DNA from: Azolla caroliniana
Taxonomy: Eukaryota; Plantae; Polypodiophyta
NCBI GenBank assembly: GCA_043228905.1
Contig: JBHGNT010000012.1
Location: 8,928,001-8,992,000 of the forward strand
Direction: 5' to 3'
Length of the DNA: 64,000 bases
Below the pieces are notes generated by a model, which saw only the letters and a list, made by a program, of their open reading frames with translations, was not told the origin of the DNA and did no database searches. Position numbers and translations under genes: made by a program. Position 1 is the stretch's first letter. Every line of letters starts with the position of its first letter. Below are positions 10,532-22,015 of this stretch, in pieces.

Positions 10532-13500
10532 TTACATAGCAATCAATTCATCAACATCATTTTCTTCATCATCTTGTGTAGAACTCTCTTCGGCTATACG
10601 TGCATTGGCTTCCCCTGTTAGCCGAGCCAACGAAATATCTTCTATAAGCTCATCATCAAGCTCTATTAGCTCCCCCGGTTCGCCGGCTAACGGAGGAATA
10701 GGCTCTCGCGAAGCAGGTTGAAACCTTTCTGTATTAGCGAGGTTCTTTGCACCGACCTCCTCATCCTGGTCTGGGCACTCCCACAAAGCCTTAATCCGCA
10801 TATTAATAAATATAACCTGGTCCTCGTCCTTCTCCAATGCAATTGTATTTCTAAAGAGCTTCAATGCACATGCAGACGTTGTTCCTGTGATGTAAGTAAC
10901 AAGAAGATTTAGTTGTCAAACAAAAGAAAAAGGGATTGGTTATCTCTAGATCGTTACCCTAGTTCGAGGAATACCTGTGCCAGAAAAGAGATCTAATATC
11001 CAGTCTCCTTCGATAGAAAACATCTCGATCAAGCGCATCATAAGTCGTTGAGGTTTTTGATATGGGTTGACAAGTCCCCGTTCTGTCGTGGTGACATGTC
11101 GCAATTTTCGTGTCACTGCTGGATATACCAATAGATTTGAACCTCCCACTTCATTAGAATGCTCCTTGATTCTTTGTTTCTTAATTTCATCGAAGTAGCC
11201 AACCGTGATGTATTCAATGGCATTAACGAACCGAAAAGTTGGCCCTCTATTTACATTGGTCTTGATCCTATAAAAAATAATACATCGAGTTAAGAATAGA
11301 TTGAACAACCTTAAGAAATGCAATATAGTGAAAGACACCTATAAATAATCCTTACCATGCAAGGTTCTCGATGCCATGGCAACGAGATCTCAAAGCTTGA
11401 GCTACCGAGTACCCTTGGTCCATACTATGAAAGACAAATATTCACCACAAGGATGCAGCCGTTAGCTCAGCGAAATCCTTGACCATCTTCTCCAATTGTT
11501 TAAACCTAAATGGTTCATCGTCGTATGATGACCCAACCATTCGAAATCCGTAAGGAATATCCGCAATCATTAGCGTATATTCCTTCTTTGGCACCTTTTG
11601 GATCAAGTTCACGACATCACCGCAAACCACATTGTAGTAAAGATCTCTCGTAATATCTTTTTTGTGGCTAAATTTTTTAAAGGAGCCATCTTCCTCCATT
11701 TCATACGCCTTGACTAAGTGACGATCCTTTTCTTTTCTGGCTCGCTCGAGATGTGCAAGGAAGGATGTAGGGAAATCGTGTATATCCTTAACTTCTCCTT
11801 GTTTCTTGCCGTGACACGGTTTCTAATAGAAGCAATAGGACATAACGTATTATTATACAAGCTCTACATATGATGAAAAGGTAATGAAAAATCATCAATA
11901 CTAACCCAATCCTTGAATGCAATAAAATACTCTGATAACGTCTTATATGAAGACATTAGAGGATAATCCTTGGTCACTTGTTTCCAAGTTATACATCCAA
12001 GTTGTTTCATCATAACTTCTTGGATCTTCATGTACACCTTATGACTGTAAAATTAGAAGATTAGAACTTTGAATTACACCAGATAGACTACAATTTCAGT
12101 ATTTGAAAGACTTACTTATTGAACTCAGTGACCATTTCTTCAAGGCTTAAATCTTTCGCCACAACCCTTGACAAAACAGACACAAGAAGTTGCTCGTCCT
12201 TAATACCTTGCATCGCTCTCCACAGAGACAGCTTCATGTCGTCTGCTGCTTCTTCAATTGTCAAGTCAATTTTCTTGGTGGCTTGTGACTTTAACTCTAG
12301 TTGAGGGTCAACCTTACATTTCTTTTGTCGTTGACCCTTTACCTCCTTATTCTCCCACATTGAGAAGATTTGATCTTGTAGGTCCCATACTTCTCCATCT
12401 CTAAACGCCAATTGAAACCAAGACTCATATTTTCGAAGACCATCGGACTTAACATTATCATCTACAACAATGCCGACTTCATGCAGACATTGAGTAGGCC
12501 TGGATGTAACTTCACACCAAACTTTTGTTTCACGTCTAAATACTCGTGGTGGAAGAACCGTATACACTCAATGGATGACATTTTTTGCCTATAGTCATTA
12601 TCATTATTATGGTCCCATGCCACCAGCTTAGCCTCTTCAGTTGTGAGCCCAACATAAATTTTGCACTCGGCATACTTGAAGAAGAAAGTCGTTGGATGTT
12701 CTCTCACAAGTTGCCGACGTGCCTCTGCTGAATGCGATCCACCAATGACAAAGTAATTATATTGATCATGCTTTCTAATATCAAAATCTTCAATGGTTTC
12801 ACATTCTTCAGGATCTACTATAACAATAAAAGGCACCACAGTGGCATGGGGATTAATTTTCATTTTTTTCTTGAGATTTTGAACATGCATGCGGTGTGGC
12901 TCTCTAATCTCAAGTGGTCGTCGACCTATTTTTTCATCAATAGGGGGCCGATGGATGTGTGTTATAGGCAAATTAAACACTTGCCCTTTCCTGACCAGTT
13001 TACATTGCATTAACTCTCTCCTTATCTTATTCTGCTTGGATGACAAAACACCCGATGCCAGCTCAGCTCCTAACGTCCCCTTATTGTCCTCTTCGTTTTC
13101 ACTTGTTGAATCAGTGTCCGACATTTTGGTTGTCTTCATAATCTTCTTTGGTGGTCTTGACTGGACTTTGGATACCCTTTTTGTGGCCTTCAATGAGGAG
13201 GGCACTTCATCTCTTAGAGTTACATGGCCTTGTATATAAGGCCTTAAGGTAATAATAAGGTTTTGTGAGCTTTCAAGATCTTTTTTGAACGCTTCTGGCC
13301 CACAAGATTCCTTTACTAAAAGGTCTTCTGAAAGGAACACTTTACGTACCCCCTTGGAGCACTCTATTATTACCAGTATGTTGGCCGAATCTGCATCTTC
13401 GTAGTCAAATCGTAGAATACGGCCATACATAAATGGGGTTTCCTTTCCAAGCTGCCCCTCCCCCTTCTTCTTTGTTGTATACAATACGACTTTTTTCTTT

Positions 13501-13752
13501 GAGTCGACATATTGCATACACCATTCCTTGTCCGTTAGATCACGGTCAAGAAGGTCTTCACCTCCAGTAGCGGCGACAAGTTTCTTTTGGCTAACGTCAA
13601 TGTGTGGCTGAGATTTTGTCTCCTCGTTGAAGAGAAGGTTTTTTCCTCTCTTCATGGTCTCAGGAGCTACCTTGGTCTGGGCTTCGATTGGAGAACCCTG
13701 TATGCGAAGCTTTATTTTTTTCACGGGTTGGTCCGACAGGTTCTCAAACGAC
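10532..13752 (-). pseudogene. ParB-like domain fused to a beta-class amino (N6-adenine/N4-cytosine) DNA methyltransferase; spliced gene
   Basis: Exons 13752-12116, 12044-11906, 11822-11356, 11267-10975, 10884-10532 join in frame through GT-AG introns. Motifs: VIGGSHSAEARRQL (ParB-like); VVCGDVVNLI..LMIADIPYG (motif IV); LAWIKTN..EYITV; NPYQKPQRLMMRLIEMFSIEGDWILDLFSGTGTT..ALKLFRNTIALEKD (motifs X/I/II). One TGA at 11442-11444 and one frameshift at ~12495. The first exon/start is not located. Confidence 0.88.
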
Positions 13753-14153
13753 CTATTTAAGAAAGTATATGCAAAAACATAAGTTAGGTGGTCACTTAGA
13801 TTAAGGTTGTATATTAAAATATAAATATGAAGAGGGGGCATGAATAGATGTGGGCATGAATTAACCAATGATTGATAAGTCTAATATTTAAAATGGTGAG
13901 CATTAAAGAACCATTGAGTGAGAGGTTCTATATCAAATATGGGTGCCATTAATTAGCCAATGATTTTAACATTAATCCAACATATTTATGGCTTGGTAAT
14001 GATTAGATTTATATTATACTTGATTTAACTTCATATAGATGTAGTTTAAATAATAATTGATATTTTAAATACAATTACTTTATTAAAAATAAATTTTTTA
14101 TGTATTGTATTAATATAATATTACATAATATAGACATTCTATTGATTTGGCTT

Positions 14154-14205
14154 TTGTTTAGAGAGAAGTTTATGTTTAGAGAGGAGTATATGTTTAGAGA
14201 GGAGC
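14154..14205. repeat. 18-bp tandem repeat (x3) in the divergent promoter region
   Basis: tgtttagagag(a/g)agt(t/a)ta units just upstream of the transposase ATG. Confidence 0.6.
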
Positions 14206-14267
14206 TTATTAGTTTTTCTCCATACCCTAAGCACATAACTTACAAAGCCCTATCTAGACCTTAAGCC

Positions 14268-17047
14268 ATGAGTGAAGATTCACTGTTCTCGATTGAAGAA
14301 TATTGTTTGTCATCAGACTCATCGTTTTCTACTGAAGAGTATTGTTTGTCGACAGAGTCACCATATTCGATTGAAGAATATTGTCTGTCGACATAATCAC
14401 CATATTCTATCGAAGAATATTGTCTGAGCTCATCTACAGGGAATGTAAATAAGGACACATGTGAAGAGTTCTCTATTGAAGAATACGATATTAATAAAGA
14501 TACGGAGAATGAAGGTAGTGCCAAGGAAACATTGAATAACATTGGCGATGGTCACAACAGAGAATTAGATTGTAACAAGGTTACACCAACCTCTATGCAG
14601 GAAGAGAAATCTGGGAGCCCTATGCATATTAGAAGAATCCCACGAAGAATTCGTCTGGCTAGATTTAGCTTGGTGACATCAGATAAACAGATTGGATTTG
14701 ATGTCAAAAAAATATGTTGTGCCCGTGGTTGTATGTCTATGATCGGAAAATCAAAGTTGCGAGAATTAAGGCGATACTATTTTTCGAAGTCCGGTGATGA
14801 GCAAGACACTTACCTCGGGTCACATATGCAACTAGTATCTGACAAATGTACGGGGATCAAAGTATCATTCGAGTATTATATCTTCCATGCGCAACAGATA
14901 CGTAGAGTTGCATTCAAAATTGCGTTATGTGTTAGTAACATGCGGCTACATAGAGTACAACAACGTCTACTTAGCGGGGATCAGATGCTCAATTGTAAAG
15001 AGGTTCCTAGTATGAAAAGTGCAATTGGAAGACACGCTATTGGTTGGATGAAAACTTACTTTCAGTTAAATTGTGAAGTAATGCCCACTACAGGTAGGAT
15101 GCACCTTTCTGATAATTATACACGTCGGGAAGTTTATGATGTCTATCGATCTGATATGCTGGGCTCACGTAATCAGTCTATCACCTATAGCCAATTCACA
15201 AGATTATGGATAGCTCGGTTTTCAAATGTTATTATTCCTCGTAAAGTACGTATGGGGTATTGCTCCATTTGTGCAAATCTTAAAAGTTTGGCTAAAGGTG
15301 CAAAGACATCAATGGAAAAGGATATGAGTAAGAAGTTACTACAAGAGCATTGTGAGGCACAATCCTTAGAACGAAAGAAGGCGATGCATCATAGAGAGAA
15401 GTGTTTGAAGAGGCCCGAACAATACATGTGCTTAATGATAGATGGCATGAACCAGAAGAAGACGTGCTTGCCGCATATGCGGAGGCTCCCCAAAGATGTC
15501 AATGATGAGTACCTTGTTCAAATGCACTTGGTGGGATGCTTGGCTTATAATAGGTCTGTTCGACCTCACGTCTTCATTACTTACCCCATGTACACAATGA
15601 CCCTAACCTAACAGTTACAGTCCTTCACCGAGTTTTGATGTCTTGGGGCCAACCTTTCCCCCCTGTTCTATACATTCAATTGGACAATACTGCTAGAGAG
15701 AACAAAAATTCAACTGTATTTGGCTATCTAAGTATGTTGGTCAACCAAGAATTGTTTAGGAAGGTGAAAGTCAATTTCCTTTTGGTTGGCCACACACATG
15801 ACCATATAGATCAGATGTTTAGCACATTCTCCAGACAGTTGTCTCGGCATGATGCTTTCACTTTCCCTAAACTATTTGATGTCATTTGTGATGCATATAC
15901 ACCACGCCCAAAAGTGTTACACTTGAAGGAGGTATATGACTTGAAGAGATATATATCAGATGGGGGTGGTGGGAATGTTAAAGTGCTTGCTCAGTTAAAC
16001 AATATAAGTTTCAATCACATTTTAATGATAAAGAAAAATGGAATAATTGGTTCTACAGTTTTGTATGCTAAACAATATTCATCTTCTACAACATGGGAAC
16101 CTGAAGGTGGTTGCCAGTTATTACTTTGTATGCCGAGTACAATTGTCCATGGAGCTAAGCAAATGCCAATTGAGAAGAAAGGACAGTTGCAGAGCGACTT
16201 GGTATCAGAACAAAAACGGTCATGGCTCCAAGCCTTAGAAGAAAAAAGAAAGCATATTGAGGCCGCCAAGAAATATGCCGCACAACAAGACACGTCATGG
16301 TGGGATGTATTTTATAGTGATCAGAAAGAAATTATAGACAATTGTGTATCTGTTGATAATTGGAATTTGGAAACGCCATTCACATGGTCGCTACAACATG
16401 ATCGCGTAAATAGAACTCCAGAGCAACTAGTAAATGCGATTATTGACAGCTTAGTCCATCCACAACAAAGAGACATTTATGTGGGACCAAGGATGACCAA
16501 AGCAGTCGAAGCTAGATGGCAAGGCAATTTGCAAGAGCTCACCGCGGGGATGTTGATTGCAACGCCGGCTGATGAGAACTCACATGGCCACCAATTTTGG
16601 GTTGGTAAAATTCTAGAAGTGCTAATGCATGAAATAGAAAACACGATCAAGTCTATAAATGTTCATTGGTACAACACTAGAAGTGCAAATGCTTTTACAG
16701 GTAAGTATACATTGGAGATGATTGAATGCCCAACAAGAAGGGGAAGTAGGAAGAGGAAGCGAAACATTCGTAACACCTCGACCCTTGATATCTCTGATGT
16801 GGATATCATCGTGTACGACTTCACACTTACAAAAGCCGGACGATTAAGGAAGTCAACAATAGATATAATAAAAGAAAAATTACCAGGTCTACAAGGTGGC
16901 TCGAGTCAAAGGCAAACGAGATCTGCTACATATAATCTAGAGTCAAACCATTTGGTTTATGACGAAGATAATGCACTGATTGGTACATCCGAGGATGACG
17001 AGGAGGAATCGTCATTGTATATTAGTTATAGTAGTGATTCTCCGTAA
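14268..17047 (+). pseudogene. Sola1-like (DUF7869-type) DDD/E transposase
   Basis: ATG 14268 is in frame with ORF 14532. N-terminal 11-aa repeats (SIEEYCLS), CSIC..H zinc motif, LMIDGMNQ, IQLDNTARENKN, FLLVGHTHDHIDQMFS. One stop at ~14394 and a 1-nt frameshift at ~15587. Confidence 0.8.
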
Positions 17048-17415
17048 AGGAGTGATCATGAATGTATATTTGGCTATTAAGTGTAACTACATTCCGCTTG
17101 TAACAAATCGAGTAATATAAAAGCATGTGTTTTGAATTCTTATGATTTCTAAAAAATCGTTTCTTATAAAATAACATTGGTTGTAAAGTTTGTGATATAA
17201 ATTGAGAATGTATCTTTTTGAAATTCGTCTTTTTTTAGTTACTTCTAAATCACGAAAATAGTGGATTTTTAACCTTTTTCATAGTATGTTTGAACATGTA
17301 TGATACTGGTATCAATGTGTTTTGTAAAATCATTGAAAAAGCCCTAAAATCAACCAAAATTTCCCTTATCCTTCCATTTATGCGCGATCCTTCCACTTGT
17401 GAACGCGAACATGAT

Positions 17416-20400
17416 TATGAAAGATATAACCGGGATCACTCCCCTGGTTACAACCACCGACGGGACGACTATGGCAAGGATGACGACCAGCCCTGGCAAG
17501 GATACCGCAACATAAAGAATTTCAATAAGAAACGTCATTTCAACAAAAAGGGGGGTCATCCACGAGAACCGGACCAAAACCAAGCACTTGCCCCCGGTCC
17601 GCCACCAAGCACACACGCCGAATCCAGCAATGCCCGGAAGTCGTACTGCTATTATTGCCGGCAAGAGGGCCACTATAGTAATCAATGTCTGGCAAAGAGC
17701 TACGACAAGCGACCAACGGAAGTCACGGACATACAACAAGTCACTACACAATCAAAAGGCACAGCCACGGAGTGGGAAACTCAAGAAGCCATCTGGAAGC
17801 AGGCAACCGAATGGGTGAAGAAGGCAAATGAACAGAATGCGGCAGAGCTCGAACAAAAAAGGAGAATGCCGAAGAGCTCGCCGGCTCGGGGCAACCCGAA
17901 AACCCAAAATGGCAGGTGTTACAAGAATGCCAAATCACGCTGCCGGTAGGCCGGCTATTGCAATTGGTACCACGGTTCACGGAAGGACTGAAGACCGGAA
18001 GGACGGCAGCTGACACACCACCGGCTCCGGCATTCTTTTCAAATCCGGAGGAAGGACCGGTAGTGGTGGACACAAGCAGTCCAGCAATCACAGCCATCGT
18101 GAAGCAAAAGGAGCTACCCGGCACGATTATCGATGGAGGATCCGGCGTGAACGTGATCAGCCTCCGAACATGTAACACTCTAGGAATCCAGGACTGGGAA
18201 CCGTGCCCGTTTTGGCTTCGGATGGCGGACACTAGCTCAGTACGGCCGACCGGATTAATACGCGATCTGGAAGTGACCATCAAGGGTCACACATTTCGCA
18301 TTTCCGCAGTAGTTTTCCAACTACAAGCTCAGGGAGCTTACCCACTATTGTTAGGCCGGCCTTGGTGAAAAACAACACACATAAAGCAAAACTGGAGGAA
18401 GAATATAATTACGTTCCGGCGGGGAAAAGTGAAAGTACGAGTAGCGACTCAACCACGATCCGGTACCGGCAAGGAATCAATGCCGCTATATGCGGAATGT
18501 GTCAACATGCTGGAAGGATTGGCGGACGAAGAGGTCGATCAATACTTACAAGAAAATCCGAAGATCGTACCTTTGTTCGAGATTGATGTGGCTGAAGCAG
18601 TATCACCGTACGTACTGCAACTAGACAGGACCGACGAGGAACCGGATAAAGAGGCAATCTGGGAATTACGGCAAGCACAAGAGGCACTGGAAAAAGAAAT
18701 GGCAGTATCACAACGCGTGAAAGCCTCCCAACTAGAAGAGGTAAACCTAGGTACCACAGAGGACACAAGACCGGTGCACATCGCCAAGGAAATGACTTCG
18801 GAGAACAAAACGGCAATGATCACACTCCTAAAAGAATTTCGCGATGTGTTCGCCTTGTCCTACGAGGACATGTCGAGACTCGATCCTCGGTTATATCAAC
18901 ACCAGCTACATCTGAGTAAAGACGCCAACCGGTAGCACCATGAACCCGAATTACGCAGCAAAAGTCAAAGAAGAAATCGACAAGTTGCTGAGAGTGGGTT
19001 TCATCCGACCAGTAAAGAAAGCCACATGGCTCAGCTCGATAGTGGTAGTACCCAAAAAGAACGGTAAGATCACAGTGTGCGTTGACTACCGGAAATTGAA
19101 TGCGGCTATGGTAACGGACGCCTTCCCAGTTCCATTCACGGATGGAGTCCTGGATGCGGTTGTCGGTCATAAGGTGTACAGTTTTCTGGATGGTTTCAAC
19201 GGCTATAATCAGATCCGGATGCACCCCGCCGACCAGGTGAAAACCGCTTTTGTCACCGAATGGGGAGTCTTTGTTGCCGTAGTGATGATGTTCGGACTGA
19301 AAATGGCACCGACAACCTTCCAACGGATCATCATGGAAATTTTCGGGGAATTCATTCCGGCATTCATGCAGGTGTTTTTGGATGACTTCGTTGTTTATAG
19401 CTAGGAAGGGGATCACCTTCAGCACCTCCAACTATGCCTAGAAAAATGTAGGGTTTATCGACTAAGCTTGAACCCGTCAAAATGCGTGTTCGGAGTAACC
19501 AGCGGAGCGTTACTGGGCCTCATAGTAAGCAAGGATGGTATCGCAGTGGATCCGGACAAAGTAAAAGCAATCCTGGAGGCACCGGCACCAGCCACAGCAA
19601 AGGCACTAAGATGGTTCTTAGGACAAATTCGGTGGCATAGCAGAATGCTCCGGTATCTAGCAAACCTGGCTACACCACTGCATGCCACAGTACATCGGAC
19701 ACCGTTCCGATGGACGGACACAGAAGACCAGGCTTACCGGGCACTAAAAGTACTGTTGTCACAAGCGCCGGTGGTGCAACCTCCGGATTGGTCCAAAGAG
19801 TTCCATGTATTCGTTGATGCATCCTACATTGCAATCGGGAGCGCACTGATGCAACTGACAGAACCGAAATGGTACCGGCCAGTCTATTATGCTAGCTGGA
19901 AGCTGTCCTAAGCGGAACGGAATTATTCCACAACGGAAAGGGAGGCCTTGGGTATGATCTACAGTTTCACGAAGTTTAGACACTATTTGTTGGGAAGGAA
20001 ATTTTCCTTTCACGTAGATCATTCGGCGCTTCTCTACTTGGTGTCCAAAGCATCACTCACCAAGAAGCTGGCCTGGTGGACGTTACTATTGCAAGAATTT
20101 GAGTTCGAGATATTCCACCGACCCGACATACAACATGCGGTAGCGGACTATTTAAGCCGGTTGGATTCCGGCGAAACCGGTGACGGAGTCCCAAACGACT
20201 TTCTGGATGCAGAGCTGTTTAGAGTCACAGTAGAAACGGCAACGGATAGTTCGGTCGCAGAGGAAGACAAATGGCTTACCAACATGCACCAATTTCTGAG
20301 CACCGGCCTACCTCCGGAGGAGATGAACAGAGACGAGAGGAAACACTTAGCAGTTCAAAGCCGGCACTTTTGTCTATTACAAGACACCCTGTACCACAAA

Positions 20401-21642
20401 GTCACAGATGGCATATGGCGACGTGTAGTGCGCAGCAACGAAAAGGAAATAATATTGCGCGAAGCACACTGCGGCGTGGCTGGAGGACATTATGCCGGAA
20501 ACACTACGGCAAGGAAAATATGGCAGAGCAGACTATGGTCGCCGACAACATTGAAGGATGCAGTCCGGTATGCTAAAGAATGCGACCTATGTCAACGAAT
20601 GGGCCAACCAACCGAACAAGCCAGAATGCCTCACCAGTCCGTGCTACCGTTAGAACCATTTCAGAAATGGGGGCTAGATTTTGTTGGTCCGTTCAAACCA
20701 CCGGCAATGAGAACCGACAACCAGTACGTGATCGTCGCTACGGATTACTGCACGAAATGGGTGGAAGCGAAAGCACTACGTGACAACATTGTGGCATCCA
20801 CGGCAAAATTTTTATATGAATGCATCTGGTGCCGATATGGATGTCCGATAGAGCTCATAAGTGACCAAGGTGGGCACTTCTTAGGGCAAGTAGTGGAAAG
20901 TTTGAAGACATTTTAGGCGGTGGTGCACAAACGGAGCACTCCCTATTATCCGCAAGCCAACGGATTAGCAGAGTCAACAAATAAAACACTACAAAATATC
21001 CTGTGGCAAATCGTCAATGAGAACCAAATGGATTGGGATACAAAGCTGCACAGTCTACTCTGGGCCTACTGAACGGCATATAAGACAAGTATCCGCACAA
21101 CACCGTTCCGCCTAGCATTCGGATTGGAAGCAGTGATGCCGGTAGAGTTCCAGGTACCGAGTCTACAAATACAGATTCGGGAATGCCTAAATGAGAAGGA
21201 ATTGGAAGCTATCCGGTTAAACGCGTTGTGCGAATTGGAAGAACACCGGCTAGCCAGCATCATGCACCTAGAACTAGAACAACGGCGAAGGAAGGCGTTC
21301 GTGGATCGTCACCGAAAAGGGAACGAAAAGATGTTCGGCATCGCTAAGCCGGTACTCGTGTTCCAGACCCAGATGGGTAAGATGCCGGGAAAGCTACGGT
21401 TTCGGTGGACCGGACCATACTGGATTACGCGAGAGTTCAACGGTTCCTACCAATTAGGGACACTCGCCGGCGAGGTTCTGGGTAAATGGGTCAATGGGTT
21501 CCGACTCAAACCATACAATGGACCCATGCCAAGAAACCCATTCGAAGAAGTGAAGGGCGACACAGAACCGGACACCGGTAAGTTAGAAGCACCGACAAGC
21601 GGTCCAGCATCCGGCAAGGATCACAATCCGGATAAAAAATAA
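17416..21642 (+). pseudogene. Gypsy-1 gag C-terminus and pol (PR, RT, RH, IN)
   Basis: CYYCRQEGHYSNQC; IIDGGSGVN; FLDGFNGYNQ, VFLDD; FVDAS; H..GGH..CDLC, WGLDFVGP, ISDQG; GPY/F-type C-terminus with no chromodomain. Several stops. Confidence 0.93.
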
Positions 21643-22015
21643 AAAATAAAAAATCAAATCAAATCAAATCAAGTGAATCATGCAAGGGCGAGGGGTGAAC
21701 GGACACATGCAAAAAGAAGGAGTGAACAAGCACTTTGAAAAGGTACGTAGTGGGCTATTAATAGGGTATTAAACCGCCGCCACATGTCGCGTCATTCTAT
21801 TTTAGTACACGACGTGCACATGCGCGGGTAATGAAAAAAAAAAACAAGCGCCAACATGCAACAAGAAGACCCCCGCCACATAAAAACACCTGACATTTCG
21901 CGAACAGAGGAGCACAAACGCAGACAGGCGATTGAAGATCAGCAGATGCGAACCCACGCACACACAGACTCCTCACACACAACCCTCACTAGCGCTCACC
22001 AACCTCGACGAAGCC

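Larger units (their letters stand above)
9485..17415. mobile_element. Sola1-like DNA transposon (7.9 kb) with transposase and ParB-methyltransferase cargo gene
   Basis: About 36-bp imperfect TIRs (aacacgttcgcgttcacagatggaaggattgcgcat / atgcgcgatccttccacttgtgaacgcgaacatgat). TSD tatg at 9481-9484 and 17416-17419 (alternative reading: tatgaa). Removing the element restores the gag frame. More AT-rich than its flanks. Confidence 0.9.

Noticed and set aside
10532-13868. Bacterial restriction-modification system, prophage or contamination
   Set aside because: The gene has spliceosomal introns, no restriction-nuclease partner is visible, and it lies within a TIR element nested in plant retrotransposons.
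13753-13868. N-terminus of the 468-aa ORF (MVNSCPHLF...)
   Set aside because: AT-rich sequence ending in a ttaaatag acceptor; likely intronic read-through.
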